From: Paraspadella gotoi
Lineage: Eukaryota; Animalia; Chaetognatha
DNA: 64,000 nt
Direction of reading: 5' to 3'
NCBI GenBank assembly: GCA_051294375.1
Contig: CM119264.1
Location: 1,285,923 to 1,349,922 of the forward strand
The position numbers were made by a program, and so were the translations under genes. A model generated the notes under the pieces. It worked only from the letters and a program-made list of their open reading frames with translations. It did not search any database and was not told the DNA's origin. Positions 23,703-36,259 of the stretch are shown here, piece by piece. Position 1 is the first letter of the stretch, and each line of letters starts with the position of its first letter.

Positions 23703-25594
23703 GAGAAAGAAAGAAAGAAAAAAAGAAAGAAAGAAAGAAAGAAAGAACCGTTTAAAAACAATGAAGAAAGAATATAATGGAATAAGAATCGTAACCGTAG
23801 GGAATTAAATAAATCTTTTTTCCCTCCTGCTTCTCATCCGCTTCTCATAAACATCCCAGCCACTTCTCATTCGCTTCTCATCCGCTTCTCATTTACTTCT
23901 CATCCGCTTCTCATAAAGTTCTCATCCGCTTCTCCTCCGCTTCCATTCCGCTTCTCATCCGCTGACGTTGCAAGACATTTGTCATAAAAGGACGTCGTCG
24001 TCGTCNNNNNNNNNNTCGTCGTCGTCTTTTTCGCGTCGGAGCGGAAAACGCGCGACGTCCTGTCGGCAAATTTATAACTCGATGACATGTAGTGATATAT
24101 GTCATAATTGTCATTGGATGTTATGACTGTTCTCATAAATGCAATTTTTTTACAATGTTTAAAATTAAAATGTGATACAAAAATGTTGGTACGGCTTTAG
24201 AAAGTTAAGTTATTATTAAAGTAACGATTTTAGCCAATTATATATAACCGTTTTTTTCGTCAAAATATAATCATGAAAATTATGGTAATTTTAGAAATAA
24301 TCATGACATTTTCTTTGTCTTTGTGTAAAAATATGTATGTCTTCAATATATTACGTGTATAGTAATAAAAAAGATATTTTGATATTTTTATCACATTATC
24401 TCAAGATCATATTATGATCTTTTCATCATTTTATCACTTTATTCTTCTATCATTTTATCACTTTGTCATCTCACGATCTTTGCCCTTATCCATTTTTTGT
24501 GATTTTTTTTTTCTTTTTTGTTTTTCGACGAAAAGAAAAGATTTTGTGACATTTTCTTTCCCTTCGCGTTCCGCCCAACGACTCTCTCTCTCTCCATTCT
24601 CCTCTCCTCCCTTCTTCTCTCTCTCTCTCTCTCCTCTCTCTCCTCTCTCTCTCTCTCTCTTCTTCTCTCCTCTCTCTCTCTCTCTCTCTCTCACTCTCTC
24701 TTGTCTTCTCGATGATTTGTGGCGCTACGCCACGAAGCCTTGACCTCCGTTTTGGCGTCAGATTATTCATGACTTCGCAGATTTGGATCTCCTTCGACGT
24801 AGGACGATAATTTTCGCCCACAAACCATATTTCTTTTTTTTCCTCTTTTATTGCTTTTTTAGCTTTTTTATATTTTCATGCTTTTATGCTTTTATTATTT
24901 ATGTGCCTGGTGACGATTTTCCTCTTTTACGCTTCATTATTTCATCGCAGGAAAATAAACTTCACCCAAAACAGAAACGTATCGGAGGATCGGGAAATCT
25001 CCGCAGATATGGAATCGCCGAACTGTGATTGGTCTAGATAAAATCGGCCTCGACCAATCAGCTTGCAGAATGAAAGGAACTGTCAAAGTGACTCTAGCTT
25101 CTGATCCTCTTCTCTAAATATAAATAGACTTAGCTTTCCTAAGTTTCCGTAGAATTGATCTGGACTCCAGCGTGTGTCTCACCGTCACCATTATTATTCT
25201 CAAAATAAATCACGTCTAATTTCGTCCATAGAAATCCATGAGTTTTTTCCTTCAATGTTGTGGCAGCCGTGGGATTCGTTAAATATCTATTCTAAGAAAT
25301 ATTAATAATAAAAATTCGAAATGTCTTTCCTCCATTTAATCCTCATCCGCCTCCGCCTCCTCCTCCTTCTTTCTCCTCCTTTCCTCCCTCTTCCTCCCCC
25401 TTCCTCCTCTGCCTTTCCTCCCTCTTTCCTCGCTTTTTTTCCTCCTCCTCCCCTTTCTTCCCCCTTTCCCCCCTCCTCCCACTTTCCACCCCCTTCCCTC
25501 CTTCCCCTTGCCCCCGCCTTCCTCATCCCCTTTCTTCCCTCTTCCTCCTTCCTTCCTCTCAATCTCCCGTCAACCCTCCTTACCCTCTCCTTAC

Positions 25595-25765
25595 CCTGCC
25601 AGCAGCATTTGGCGAATCCCCCGAGCGGCGATCGATGACAGTAACTTCCGGCGGGACACGCCCCCTCGCCGGCGCCCGTGGGAGCGTCGCAGTCGAAGTC
25701 GCGTCCGGTGACGGGGTCCACGACGGGGACGCCGCCGTCGCATGGAACGTCGTTGTCGTCGGAGG
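25595..25765 (-). CDS. AGRN: Agrin-like exon, six-Cys module (Lustrin-cysteine/WR1-like)
   Basis: SDDNDVPCDGGVPVVDPVTGRDFDCDAPTGAGEGACPAGSYCHRSPLGGFAKCCWQ; phase-1 boundaries aag|..|gtaag. Confidence 0.8.
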
Positions 25766-26496
25766 CTTAAAGTGGGGGGGGAAGATGAACGAGTCGTTTA
25801 TTCTTACCTTCGTTCATTCATTTATTAGTTCATTAATTTATTCATTTATTCGTTCATTAAATCGTTCGTTTATTCATTAATTCGTCTCTGCGTTCTTTCA
25901 TTCATTCATTCATTCATTCATTCATTCATTTATTCATTCATTCATTCATTCATTCATTCATTCATTCATTCATTCATTCATTCATTCATTCATTCATTCA
26001 TTCATTAATTGATTCAATTATTCAATTAAGCGAACTAATAATAAATTCATCGAATCAATTTATTTATATATTTATATATTTATTTATACATTGATTGACT
26101 CCGTCGTTAGTTTATCATTTCATTCATTTATTTCGTTTTTTCAATCCTGACTTATTTACTTACTTATTTTACTTTACTTATTTGTATCTCTCTCTCTCTC
26201 TCTCTCTCTCTCTCNNNNNNNNNNNNNNNNNNNNNNNNNNNNNNNNNNNNNNNNNNNNNNNNNNNNNNNNNNNNNNNNNNNNNNNNNNNNNNNNNNNNNN
26301 NNNNNNNNNNNNNNNNNNNNNNNNNNNNNNNNNNNNNNNNNNNNNNNNNNNNNNNNNNNNNNNNNNNNNNNNNNNNNNNNNNNNNNNNNNNNNNNNNNNN
26401 NNNNNNNNNNNNNNNNNNNNNNNNNNNNNNNNNNNNNNNNNNNNNNNNNNNNNNNNNNNNNNNNNNNNNNNNNNNNNNNNNNNNNNNNNNNNNNNN

Positions 26497-26533
<37 letters not shown>

Positions 26534-26607
26534 ATTTGTTTTCTTTGTTTCCTTCTGTTTCTTCCTTTTTTTTTGTTTATCATTTATTTTTGTTTCTTTT
26601 TATTCAC

Positions 26608-26702
26608 CTGACGCGCGGACAGTCGAACTGACAGACGCAAACGCTTCGTCCTTCGTCGTCCAAAATGCAGACGCCGTCGAAATCACATCTTTCGTCGCAA
26701 TA
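26608..26702 (-). CDS. AGRN: Agrin-like exon, follistatin N-terminal half
   Basis: YCDERCDFDGVCILDDEGRSVCVCQFDCPRV; the partner Kazal exon is not visible and probably lies in the N-gap 26215-26496. Confidence 0.85.
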
Positions 26703-27453
26703 CTTGGGGGAAAAAAGGTTTTAAATATTAATTAAATTAAATTAAATTGAATTAATTAAATATTGTTGATTAAAGTAATAATATCGTCGCGAAAACAGTT
26801 TTCATCACAGAGTGTTTTTGTATTTCTTAGTTATCATTTAAGTAAGTAGACAGTTATGTTATCATCGCAGCGACTTTACAGTGTGGGTTGACAGCGTCTC
26901 AAGCCTACGCTCCGTGAATTACATCCGGGGAAGGATTATTTCACAATGATGGCGTCAGAATAACGGATAGACGGACGGACGGGCAGAGAGACAGAAAGAC
27001 GAAAAAAAACAGAGAGATGGAAAGATAGAAAAACAGATCGACCAAGCAACATACAAAACCATCCCTTTATACCAATCGATATTAAAATCTCATTTGCATT
27101 TTGTGGCTGGTTTGATAATTATTAATTAAGATGATTAATAATGTGATTTGACCAGTGAAATATATCTCCATTTAATGCCTATTTTTAGGTTTACAGAACT
27201 GTGAATTTTCTCATTTCACATTAGCCTTTAAAGAAATAATATTATGAAATACATAGTAACGATGTCAAAGACGGGAATAACTCTGATTTGCCCCGTCTTC
27301 AATATCGTCTTTTTTTTCGTCGTCGTCGTCTTCGTCGTCGTCGTCTTTTTCGTCGTCGTCGTCAACAGTCACGGATTTTTATTTCGACGAAGACGCAATC
27401 GTCTCTCAGCACGCTCGTCCTCGCCTGACGTCGTCTTAGTCACTTCCGGTTTG

Positions 27454-27551
<98 letters not shown>

Positions 27552-28080
27552 TTTTTGTCATCTTTAAATGTCATTACTAGAGAAAGACTTGTCATTTTAA
27601 AACATAATCAGTGATTGTCGTTTTCCTTTGAGACTAGTTATTCTTCGTCAGTAATGCTTGCTTGCTTGCTTGCTCGTTTGTCAGCTTTCCTTCTTTTTTT
27701 AATTAAGGCTTCGTACAAAAACGATATTCCTGATATAATCACCTCGGGCTCGAAAACTAATATCGCCTTACATATTTCCCGTCGGCAGATATCGTACATA
27801 TATTATTTAAAATTAAACTCTTTCCAATAAAGGAGATTTTGTATTTAAAATCGTTTGGATGCCAAACTAAGCTATTGTCTATGCAAAAAAAAATATTTTA
27901 CACACAGCAAGTTATTTCATTTCAAAAGCTCATAATTGTTTTATTTCATTCCTCTCTTGTTTATATTTAATTGTTAGACCTCACTTTTATTTAATTAAAC
28001 ATATTTTAGTTTAAATGTCGACTCATATCGCAATAATGGCGAATAGAGAGAGAGACACCCGATATATTTTTTTTTCCGAA

Positions 28081-28148
<68 letters not shown>

Positions 28149-28889
28149 TTATCTCGTAGGAGCCGCTTCCCCTTTCCGCCGGCGTGTCGCGCAGATATGA
28201 CGGGCAAGGAAGGGGGGGAGATAATGGGGAAGGAGAGGAAGAGGCAGAAGGAGAGGGAGGAGGGATAAAGGAGGAGGGGAGGGAGGAGGTGGAGGAGGAA
28301 GAGGAGGAGAGGGAGGAGAAGGAGAAAGAGAGGAAAAGAAAGGAAGGTCAATCCCGTCTTTGAGAAATGGGAGATCTCTGCAAGAGAAGAGGGTAGGTTG
28401 AAGGGTTCGTTGAAGGAATAGATGTACGGACGCCGGAAGTCGGACGGACGGACAGAGGGACAGTGGGAGGAACGGACGGAGTGACGTCGGAGGTCAGATG
28501 GACGGACAGAGGGACAGAAGGACGGACGGACGGAAGAACAGAGGGACTGACTGACGGACGCACGGACAGATGGACCGATGGACGGACGGACGGTCAGACG
28601 GACAGACAGACGGACGGAAGGACGGATGAAATAATGATGAAAATATAAAAGAAGCCATTTTTTTAATTTTAAAATGTTTAGGTTTTATTTATTGATTTTT
28701 TTTTAAGATTATATGGATTTTTATGCATTTGAAACGAAGTTTATCAAAACAGGAAGCAATATTTTTATTTTATTTTTATCTCCCGAGTTCCTGTTTTTCC
28801 TGTTCTCACCTCTTAACCACTTTTAACCTTTAACTTTTAACCACACCTCCTCGTTTCAACTAAACATTTCCTTGGGCGTTCTAACTTTA

Positions 28890-31120
28890 CTTTTTCTGTT
28901 CTTTTTCTTCCTTTCTCTTTCTTCTCTATTTCTTAGCTAAATTTCTCTTACCTTCCTCCACTCTCTTTTCATTTCTCTTTCCTCCTTTCATTCTCCTTTC
29001 CTCTCTATTTTCTCCCTCCACTCTCCTTTCCTTTCTCTTTCCTTCTTTCATTATCCTTTCCTCTTTCTTTTCTCACTTTCTTTTCTAATTTCCTCTTTCC
29101 ACTCTCCGTTCCTCTAACATTCCTTCATCCACTCTTTTCCTTTCTCCTTCCTTCTTTCACTTTCCTCCATCCCATCCCCAAATCTTAACTACTTTCCTTG
29201 GCCTCTTGGTCACGGTCTCTCCATTTTCTGGCGACTGTGAATCCAAAACAGCCTCTTCTTCTTCCTCCTTCTCCACTTCCTCTCCTTCCTCCTCCTCTCC
29301 ATCCTCCTCATCTTCTTCTTCTTTTTCCTCCTTCTTCTCCTTCTCCTTCACTTCTTCTTCCTCCTCTTCCCCCTCATCTTTTTCTTTTTCTTTCTCCTTT
29401 TCCTCCTCCTCTTCTTCTTCTTCCTCCTCCTCCTCCTCCCCTTCCTCTTCTTCTCTTCTTCTTCTTTTTTCTCCTTCTCTTCCTCCCCCCTCCTTCTCTC
29501 GCTCTCTTCTTCTCTCCTCTCTTCTTTCTTTCTCCTCCTCCTCTTCTTCTTCCTCTCTCCTTCTCCTTTTTCTTCCGTCTCTTTTCCTCTTTCTCCTCTC
29601 TACTCCCTTCTCCTCCTCTCTTTTTTTTCTTCCTCTCCTCTCCCATACCTCTTTTTTTTTTTCTCTCTCCTCCTCCTTCTTCTGACAGCTACTTCTACCT
29701 TTCTTTCTTCCTCCTCTTCTTCTTCTCTTTTCTTTCCTCCCCAACATCACAATTCTATCTATACTCATAAGCTATCCTATTTTTTGCTCCTTTCTCCTCC
29801 CACCTTCTCTTCTTCTCTTCTTCTCTTCTTCTCCTTCTCCGCTCTCTGCTTTCTCTCTTCTCGCTTTGCCTCATGCTCTTCCTTCTCCTCCTCTTCTTAA
29901 CTTCTCTTCTCTCCTTCTTCCTCCTACTCCTCTCCTCTCCTTGTTTTTTTCCTCTTTCTTCCCTACCCCTCCTCCCTCTCTTCTTCTTTTTTTCTTTCAC
30001 TCCTTCTCCTTCTCCCCCTCCCTTCTCCTCCTCTTCTTTCTTCTTTCCTCCTCCTCCCCTCCTCCTCTCTTCTTCTTCTTCTTTTTTCTCCTTCTCTCCT
30101 CCCCTCCTTCTTCTCTCCTCTTCTTCTTCCTCCTCCTCTACCTCCCCTTCCTCTTCTTCTTCCTTTACTCAAAATTTACTCCTTAATCAATATCTTTACC
30201 ATAAAAAAATTTAATTGTAAAAGAAAACCCATCCTTCTCAGTTTCTCCTTTCTCTCTCTTTCCTACCTTTGCCTCCTCCTTCCTACCTTTATTCCTTTAT
30301 TCTCCCTTTTATTCCTCTCTTTCCTTCCTTTATCTCCCCTGGAATAAGTATCCTCGTGAAATGTAAGAAAAATGTGTAAATCGTGAAAATCAACGAGCTC
30401 CGTGAAAAATGGACGAGGAATGGGGAGGAAGAAGATGCAGGAGGCGAAGCCCCTCCTCCTCATCGATCTCCTTTCACCTCTCTTTCCTTTTCCTCTCTTT
30501 TCTCCTCTTTATTCTTACCTTTTCTTCCTTTCCCTTCCTTCTCTTTCCTTTCCTTTTTTCCTTTTCCTCCCTTTCCTTTTTATCCCTTTACTCATTTTTC
30601 ATCCTACCTTTTCTTCTTGCCTCCCTTCTCTTTCCTTTTCTTCTTTCCTTTTCCTCCCTTTTCTCCTGTTATTCTTACTTTTTCTTCCTTTCCCTCCCTT
30701 CTCTTTCCTTTCCTTCTTTTCTTTTCCTCCTTTTTATTTCATTTCCTTCTTTCCTTTTCCTCCCTTTCCTTTTCTCTCTTTCCTCCTTTTTCATCTTACC
30801 TTTTCTTCCTTTGCCTCCCTTTTCTTTCCTTTCATTCTTTCCTTTTCCTCCCTTCTCTTTTCTTTCCTTCTTTTTACTTTTCCTCACTTTACTCCTTTTT
30901 CATCTTACCTTTTCTTCTTGCCTCCCATCTCTTTTCTTTCCTTCTTTTCTTTTCCTCCCTTTTCTATACTTTCCTTGTTTCATTTTCCTTCCTTTCCTTT
31001 TTCTCCTTTTCTCCTTTTTCATCTTACCTTTTCTTCCTTTGCCTCCCTTCTCTTTCCTTTCCTTCTTTTCTTTTCCTCTCTTTTCCTCCCTTTCCTCCAC
31101 CATCACGCCCCAACTCCTTT
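28890..31120. repeat. Long polypyrimidine (CT-rich) low-complexity tracts
   Basis: Almost only C/T on the + strand, with degenerate short periodicities. Confidence 0.85.
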
Positions 31121-31459
31121 CCTCACGCCATCTTCAGTCTTAGTTTCGGTCAACGCCCTCATTTTTTTGTTTCTCTTTTATCGTCCTGTTCCTTCCTCTG
31201 CAACCGCCGTTGCTATGGCGACGACAGCAACGAAAATTAATGTTGTCTGAAAGATTGGCTCTCTCTCAAGGTCAATTCATTTCACAGCGGAAAAGGCAGT
31301 TATAAAAAATATTTTAATTATATTATTATATTAGTATTACAGTATTTTTATGTGTAGTTTCGACTCTATTTTGACCCGCACTGTGAATTTACTGCGACTG
31401 TCCTCGCCATGTCCAATTCTCGACCCGGTTGCTCTAATTCTGATAAAAATAGCCATTAG

Positions 31460-31880
31460 TGGCCTTATATAGCCGGATCCGATCCTCGACCCTGATCCCC
31501 TCATTTCCCTATTAATCCCCTCACTGACCTCGTAGCCAGGTCCGATCCCTGACCCTGTCCCCTCTTTCCCTTATTAATCCCCTCAATGACCTCGTAGCCG
31601 GGTCTGATCCCCAACCCTGTTCCCCTTATTCCCCTATTCATCCCCTCACTAACCTTGTAGCCAGGTCCAATCCTCGACCCTGATCCCCATATCCCTAAAT
31701 AATCCCCACACTGACCTTGTAGCCGGGTCTAATCTCCGACCCTTATCACCTCATTACCCTATTAATCCCCTCACAGACCTCGTAGCTGGGTCTGATCACC
31801 GACTCTGATCCCCTCATTCCCCTTTTAATTCCCTAACTGACCTCGTAGCCGGGTCCGATCCCCGACCCTGATCCCCCTAT
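31460..31880. repeat. ~63-bp tandem repeat, about 7 copies, made of exon end plus donor
   Basis: gacct(c/t)gtagc-like anchor at 31526, 31588, 31651, 31713, 31776 and 31839. Confidence 0.9.
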
Positions 31881-32008
31881 CCCCACATCGTCGCATTCTC
31901 CGCTGTAGTCGATCCTGAGGTCAGGTTGTCCGCCTCTGCAGCTCGTACGGGTCATTTCGCATTCGGACTGGTACGTCTGTCCGTTTGTCGCGCACACGGG
32001 GTCGTACA
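31842..32008 (-). CDS. AGRN: Agrin-like exon, Kazal domain plus GSGSG glycosaminoglycan-attachment linker
   Basis: YDPVCATNGQTYQSECEMTRTSCRGGQPDLRIDYSGECDDVGIGGSGSGIGPGYE. Confidence 0.9.
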
Positions 32009-32047
32009 CTAGTTGCGAGACAAAGAGAGAGAGATAAATAGATAAAT

Positions 32048-32122
<75 letters not shown>

Positions 32123-32239
32123 CAGAGGAGAGGAGGAGAGAGGAGTTATTGAAGAGTAGATGAGAAGAGAGAAGAAGAGAGAGAGAGATGAGAGAAGCAG
32201 AGAGATGAGAGAGAGAGAGTCATTCACTTGCATACTGAC

Positions 32240-32320
32240 CTCTCGGACAATTAAGAGGACAGTCACATTTTCCTTGGATGCACTTGATTCCCGGAGGACA
32301 ACGAACTCCCACGCAGTCGT
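32240..32320 (-). CDS. AGRN: Agrin-like exon, follistatin N-terminal half
   Basis: DCVGVRCPPGIKCIQGKCDCPLNCPR; cag|..|gtcagt. Confidence 0.88.
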
Positions 32321-33621
32321 CTGAGGTGAAAGGAAATTCAGTTATGAAGATTTGAAAATGTGATTAAGTGAAACGAGGAAGAGAAAGTTCAGAGTGTCGC
32401 GCCATATTGACTTTTTTATAAGGATCATCTTATAACATCTATATTATTATATAAATTATACTTAATATTAATTTTTTTTTGTGTTCAGATTTTTTGGGTG
32501 CTCACTTGATTGCACAAACATGAGACATTTCCATGATAAACATCTCATATTAACCAAAATTATGTAGTATGTAAAACATAAGTTGATCGGACCGAAAGAC
32601 CGACCAATACTTATTATGTCTTAGAAAGTCGCCCCGCGCTTATTAGCCTGTTTTTAAGTCACGAAATTCTAGATGTTTTTGTCTCCAAATATTTTTTTAA
32701 GTTTTCAACACAAAAATCCGCTTAAAAATCAAATTGAATTAACCTTTAGTAAAAAAAAACCAAAAAAACCCCGACAATTTATCGAATAAAATCGCGTGTT
32801 GAATCTTTTCTCTTCATGTTAAAAAAATCGAATTTTCAAAGAGTTATCGGTAAATATAATTTTGTTGGGAAATTCTATTATTTTATAAGGTGGTGAAAAA
32901 AAACGAAAAGGATTGGGTATTTTTAACAAATACAAAACAAAAAAACAATTTTCTGTCATGTTAAACAAAACACATTTCCGCCTGCATATCAAAGGTCTGG
33001 CTGAAAAAATACAAAGTACAAGAAGATCTTTTTCACACTGAGCATCACTGCAAAAGATAATTTCACCGCAAAATATCCACAACTTACGACGCATGTCACA
33101 AACTGCAGGGCCTTAAGTTCAAACAAAAGAACATTAAGCTTCTCACCGCTTGCTTCGTTTCATTCCATGCCATTATTTAACGAAAGCGTCCTATTTCAAC
33201 TTAAATTTAGAATTAAGTCTGTTTTTAGGCTTTACAATTAGGTTGTGGGTTAGTGACATGGAGTAGTTTGAGGTAGGGTTAGGGATTAAGGATTAAAGAT
33301 TAGGGATTAAGGATTAGGGAATGGTATTAGGGATTAGGGTTAGATATTAGGGATTAGAGATTAGGGATTAAAGACTAGGAATCGGTATTAGGGATTAGGG
33401 ATTAGAGATTAAGGATTAGAGATTAGAGAATAGGGATTAGGGATTGGTATTAGGGATTAGGGTTTAAAGTTAATGTTAGGGTATTACATTAGAGTCAGGG
33501 ATAAGAATTAGGGATTAGATTAAAATATTAGAACAAAATATCGGGTTTATAATTAAGTTCAAGGATTTAGGAATCAAAATTGGGCGCTTTCGGTAAACAA
33601 ATCAATATTCTCTTTTCTCAC

Positions 33622-33736
33622 CGCAAGGTCCTTTGTTGATTTTCTGGATGAACTTTTGCTTTTTGCACGACGCAACTTTGAGTTCGCATTCATTTTGATA
33701 CTCGACTCCATCGCTGCCACAAACTTTGTCCTTTAC
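33622..33736 (-). CDS. AGRN: Agrin-like exon, Kazal domain
   Basis: VKDKVCGSDGVEYQNECELKVASCKKQKFIQKINKGPC. Confidence 0.92.
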
Positions 33737-34333
33737 CTGAGAAAACGGAAGATTAAATGTAATATGCTTTATGAAATTGGTACAATAATAATAATAACAA
33801 TACTAATAAAATAAATATTTATTCATTTATCAAATAAACTATCTCGCCCCTGACTTCGGACAGGCTATTGTTTAAGACTTACATCACTCTTACACGATAA
33901 TGACATAGCAGAACTATGCAATCTTTCAATCAGAACCCTCTCAGCTGTATATCTTTACCGAAAATGCTTTAAGTAGAGTCTCTAGTAGAATTTAGCTGTA
34001 CAAAGCTTAACAGAATGCTAAGCTATCCAAAATTCTACCGGAGACCCGTGAAAATGGGTTTTCGAAGTGGGTACAACGTTTAATTGAGCTGTGAAAAGAA
34101 ACCAAAAACGTATCGCGAGCTCTCACGAAAGTAAAAATAATCACTTTAATGGTCACTCTAAATAGTGGTCATTTTAAAATGACCTGAACGAGTCTTTAGT
34201 GAAAAGAGGACTGACTATTCTTATCTCAATTTTTTTTTTAAAAATGATTTTCCAAAAATCGAATTTCGCCGGAGATGATCGGAGTCGCAATGCCAATGTA
34301 AGTAAATCATTCTTTTTTCAATGTCGACCTCAC

Positions 34334-34425
34334 CTGGACACAACTGGATGGGCAGACGCATTCGGCTTTTCCGCCACTGGCTTCGCAGATCGAGTAGAAG
34401 TCACAGCGCATGTTTTCGCAGCGGT
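34334..34425 (-). CDS. AGRN: Agrin-like exon, follistatin N-terminal half
   Basis: RCENMRCDFYSICEASGGKAECVCPSSCVQ; cag|..|gtgag. Confidence 0.9.
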
Positions 34426-34911
34426 CTGAGAATGAAAGGAAAAAAACATTTGATCATCGTCTGAGAAAAAAATAAGATTTTTTAAATATTTTTAGGAGAA
34501 AAATTTAAATGTTGTGCAGACAAAATAATGTTTGCATTATTGATCAATTACATTCGCTACTTAAAAATTGAAAACGAGTTAACTCGAATTTTCATTTTGA
34601 ATTTTATTTATTATAATTATTATAATTATTATAGTTTCAAAATCAGAGAATCTCAAACGTTGTAAAAGAATTTTATTTATTATAATTATTATAGTTTCAA
34701 AATCAGAGAATCTCAAACGTTGTAAAAGAATAAAACCCCTGGAATCACAGGTTCATGATTTTTTGCAACATATTTTACACATTGACAGGTTTTGTGTTCC
34801 GATCTTTTTGTTTTCCATTCGAAACAAAACGGAAAACCATTAATCGTTATCAAAAATTTATATTCATTCATGATAAACGGTCAACAACTCCTTTTAAAGC
34901 GTTGAACATTA

Positions 34912-34971
<60 letters not shown>

Positions 34972-35758
34972 AGAACGCAGACATACTTAAGATGATCACA
35001 AAATCCTGAATGTTTTTTTTGTATTATTGACATCAACGAAGTTTGTAGTCGAGGAAAGAAAAGACTCAATAAGAAGCTTTACGGTCGGTCGGTCTGTATC
35101 TTTCTCGATCAATATGATGAGATTTCATTGCTTAAATCATACATACATCTTTGGAGATCTAATGTTAATGAGCAAAATAGGAGAAAGAGAAAAAGAAAGA
35201 AATTATTTTTTTTTTCAATTCAATAAATTTTAAATTTTATATTTTAATTTCTATATTTTCGCAATAGAATTTATTAGTCGCTGGAAACCGTCCATGTTGG
35301 TTGTCTCACTGAATCGAAAATACTTCGACTCTTAACTTTAATAAACAAGAATTTGTAAAACAAAGATTATTAGGGACACGTTTCCATAATGTTAGCGACA
35401 AAATTCAACCGAGAAAGAATTTAGTCACTTGAATTTAAAAAAAAATAAAAACCCGCGGTGTAAAGTTTGAGACGAAAAAAATAGTTAAAAACTCTTGAAA
35501 TCCATTTTCATCTTTCTCTCTTCCCTCTTCCCTCTCCCCTCCCTCGCTCCCTCTCCCCTCCCTCTCTCCCCTCCCTCTCTCCCTCTCCCCTCTCTATCTC
35601 TCTCCCCACAAAATGCAAATTGAAAAGTCATAAGCCTCGTTGCGACACCCAATCTTCTTCTTCTTCTTCTCTTCGGTTCCATTTCGCGACTCCGAAGCGA
35701 TGGAACTGTAGAAGCCCGTTGGGATCGTAAACATCAAACATACGCGGCTCAGGAAACA

Positions 35759-35808
<50 letters not shown>

Positions 35809-35869
35809 CTTTTCAACAATCTATCTATATATGTATTTCTCTTTCTGTTTAATATTTTTTCTTTCTTTT

Positions 35870-36162
35870 TTATGCATCCCCCCTTTTGTGTTTGCATCCC
35901 CCTTCTGTGTTCGCATCACCTCTCAAAGCCAGTCCGATTTCGTCCGATCGCAAATAACCCAAATCTCTGTTCGCATCCCCCCTTTTGTGTTTGCATCCCC
36001 CTTCTGTGTTCGCATCACCTCTCAAAGCCAGTCCGATTTCGTCCGATCGCAAATAACCCAAATCTCTGTTCGCATCCCCCCTTTTGTGTTTGCATCCCCC
36101 TTCTGTGTTCGCATCACCTCTCAAAGCCAGTCCGATTTCGTCCGATCGCAAATAACCCAAAT
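35870..36162. repeat. 99-bp tandem repeat, about 3 identical copies
   Basis: gtccgatttcgtccgatcgc recurs at 99-bp period; the minus frame gives a 33-aa unit DLGYLRSDEIGLALRGDANTEGGCKHKRGDANR. Confidence 0.95.
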
Positions 36163-36259
36163 CGAAGGCGCAGACGACGACGACGAAGGCGACGAGAAGA
36201 AGGAGAGAGACGACGATGAGAAAGATGGAGAGATGAAGACGACGTTGATGACGCCGCAT
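36118..36259 (-). CDS. AGRN: Probable first coding exon of the agrin-like gene (signal peptide or type II transmembrane anchor)
   Basis: MRRHQRRLHLSIFLIVVSLLLLVAFVVVVCAFDLGYLRSDEIGLALR then G|gtgatg; this phase-1 donor is compatible with the phase-1 acceptor at 34425. The frame stays open further upstream. Confidence 0.55.

Noticed and set aside
29157-31250. Long E/K/R-, S- or F/L-rich ORFs
   Set aside because: These are translations of polypyrimidine tracts that lack stops by composition.
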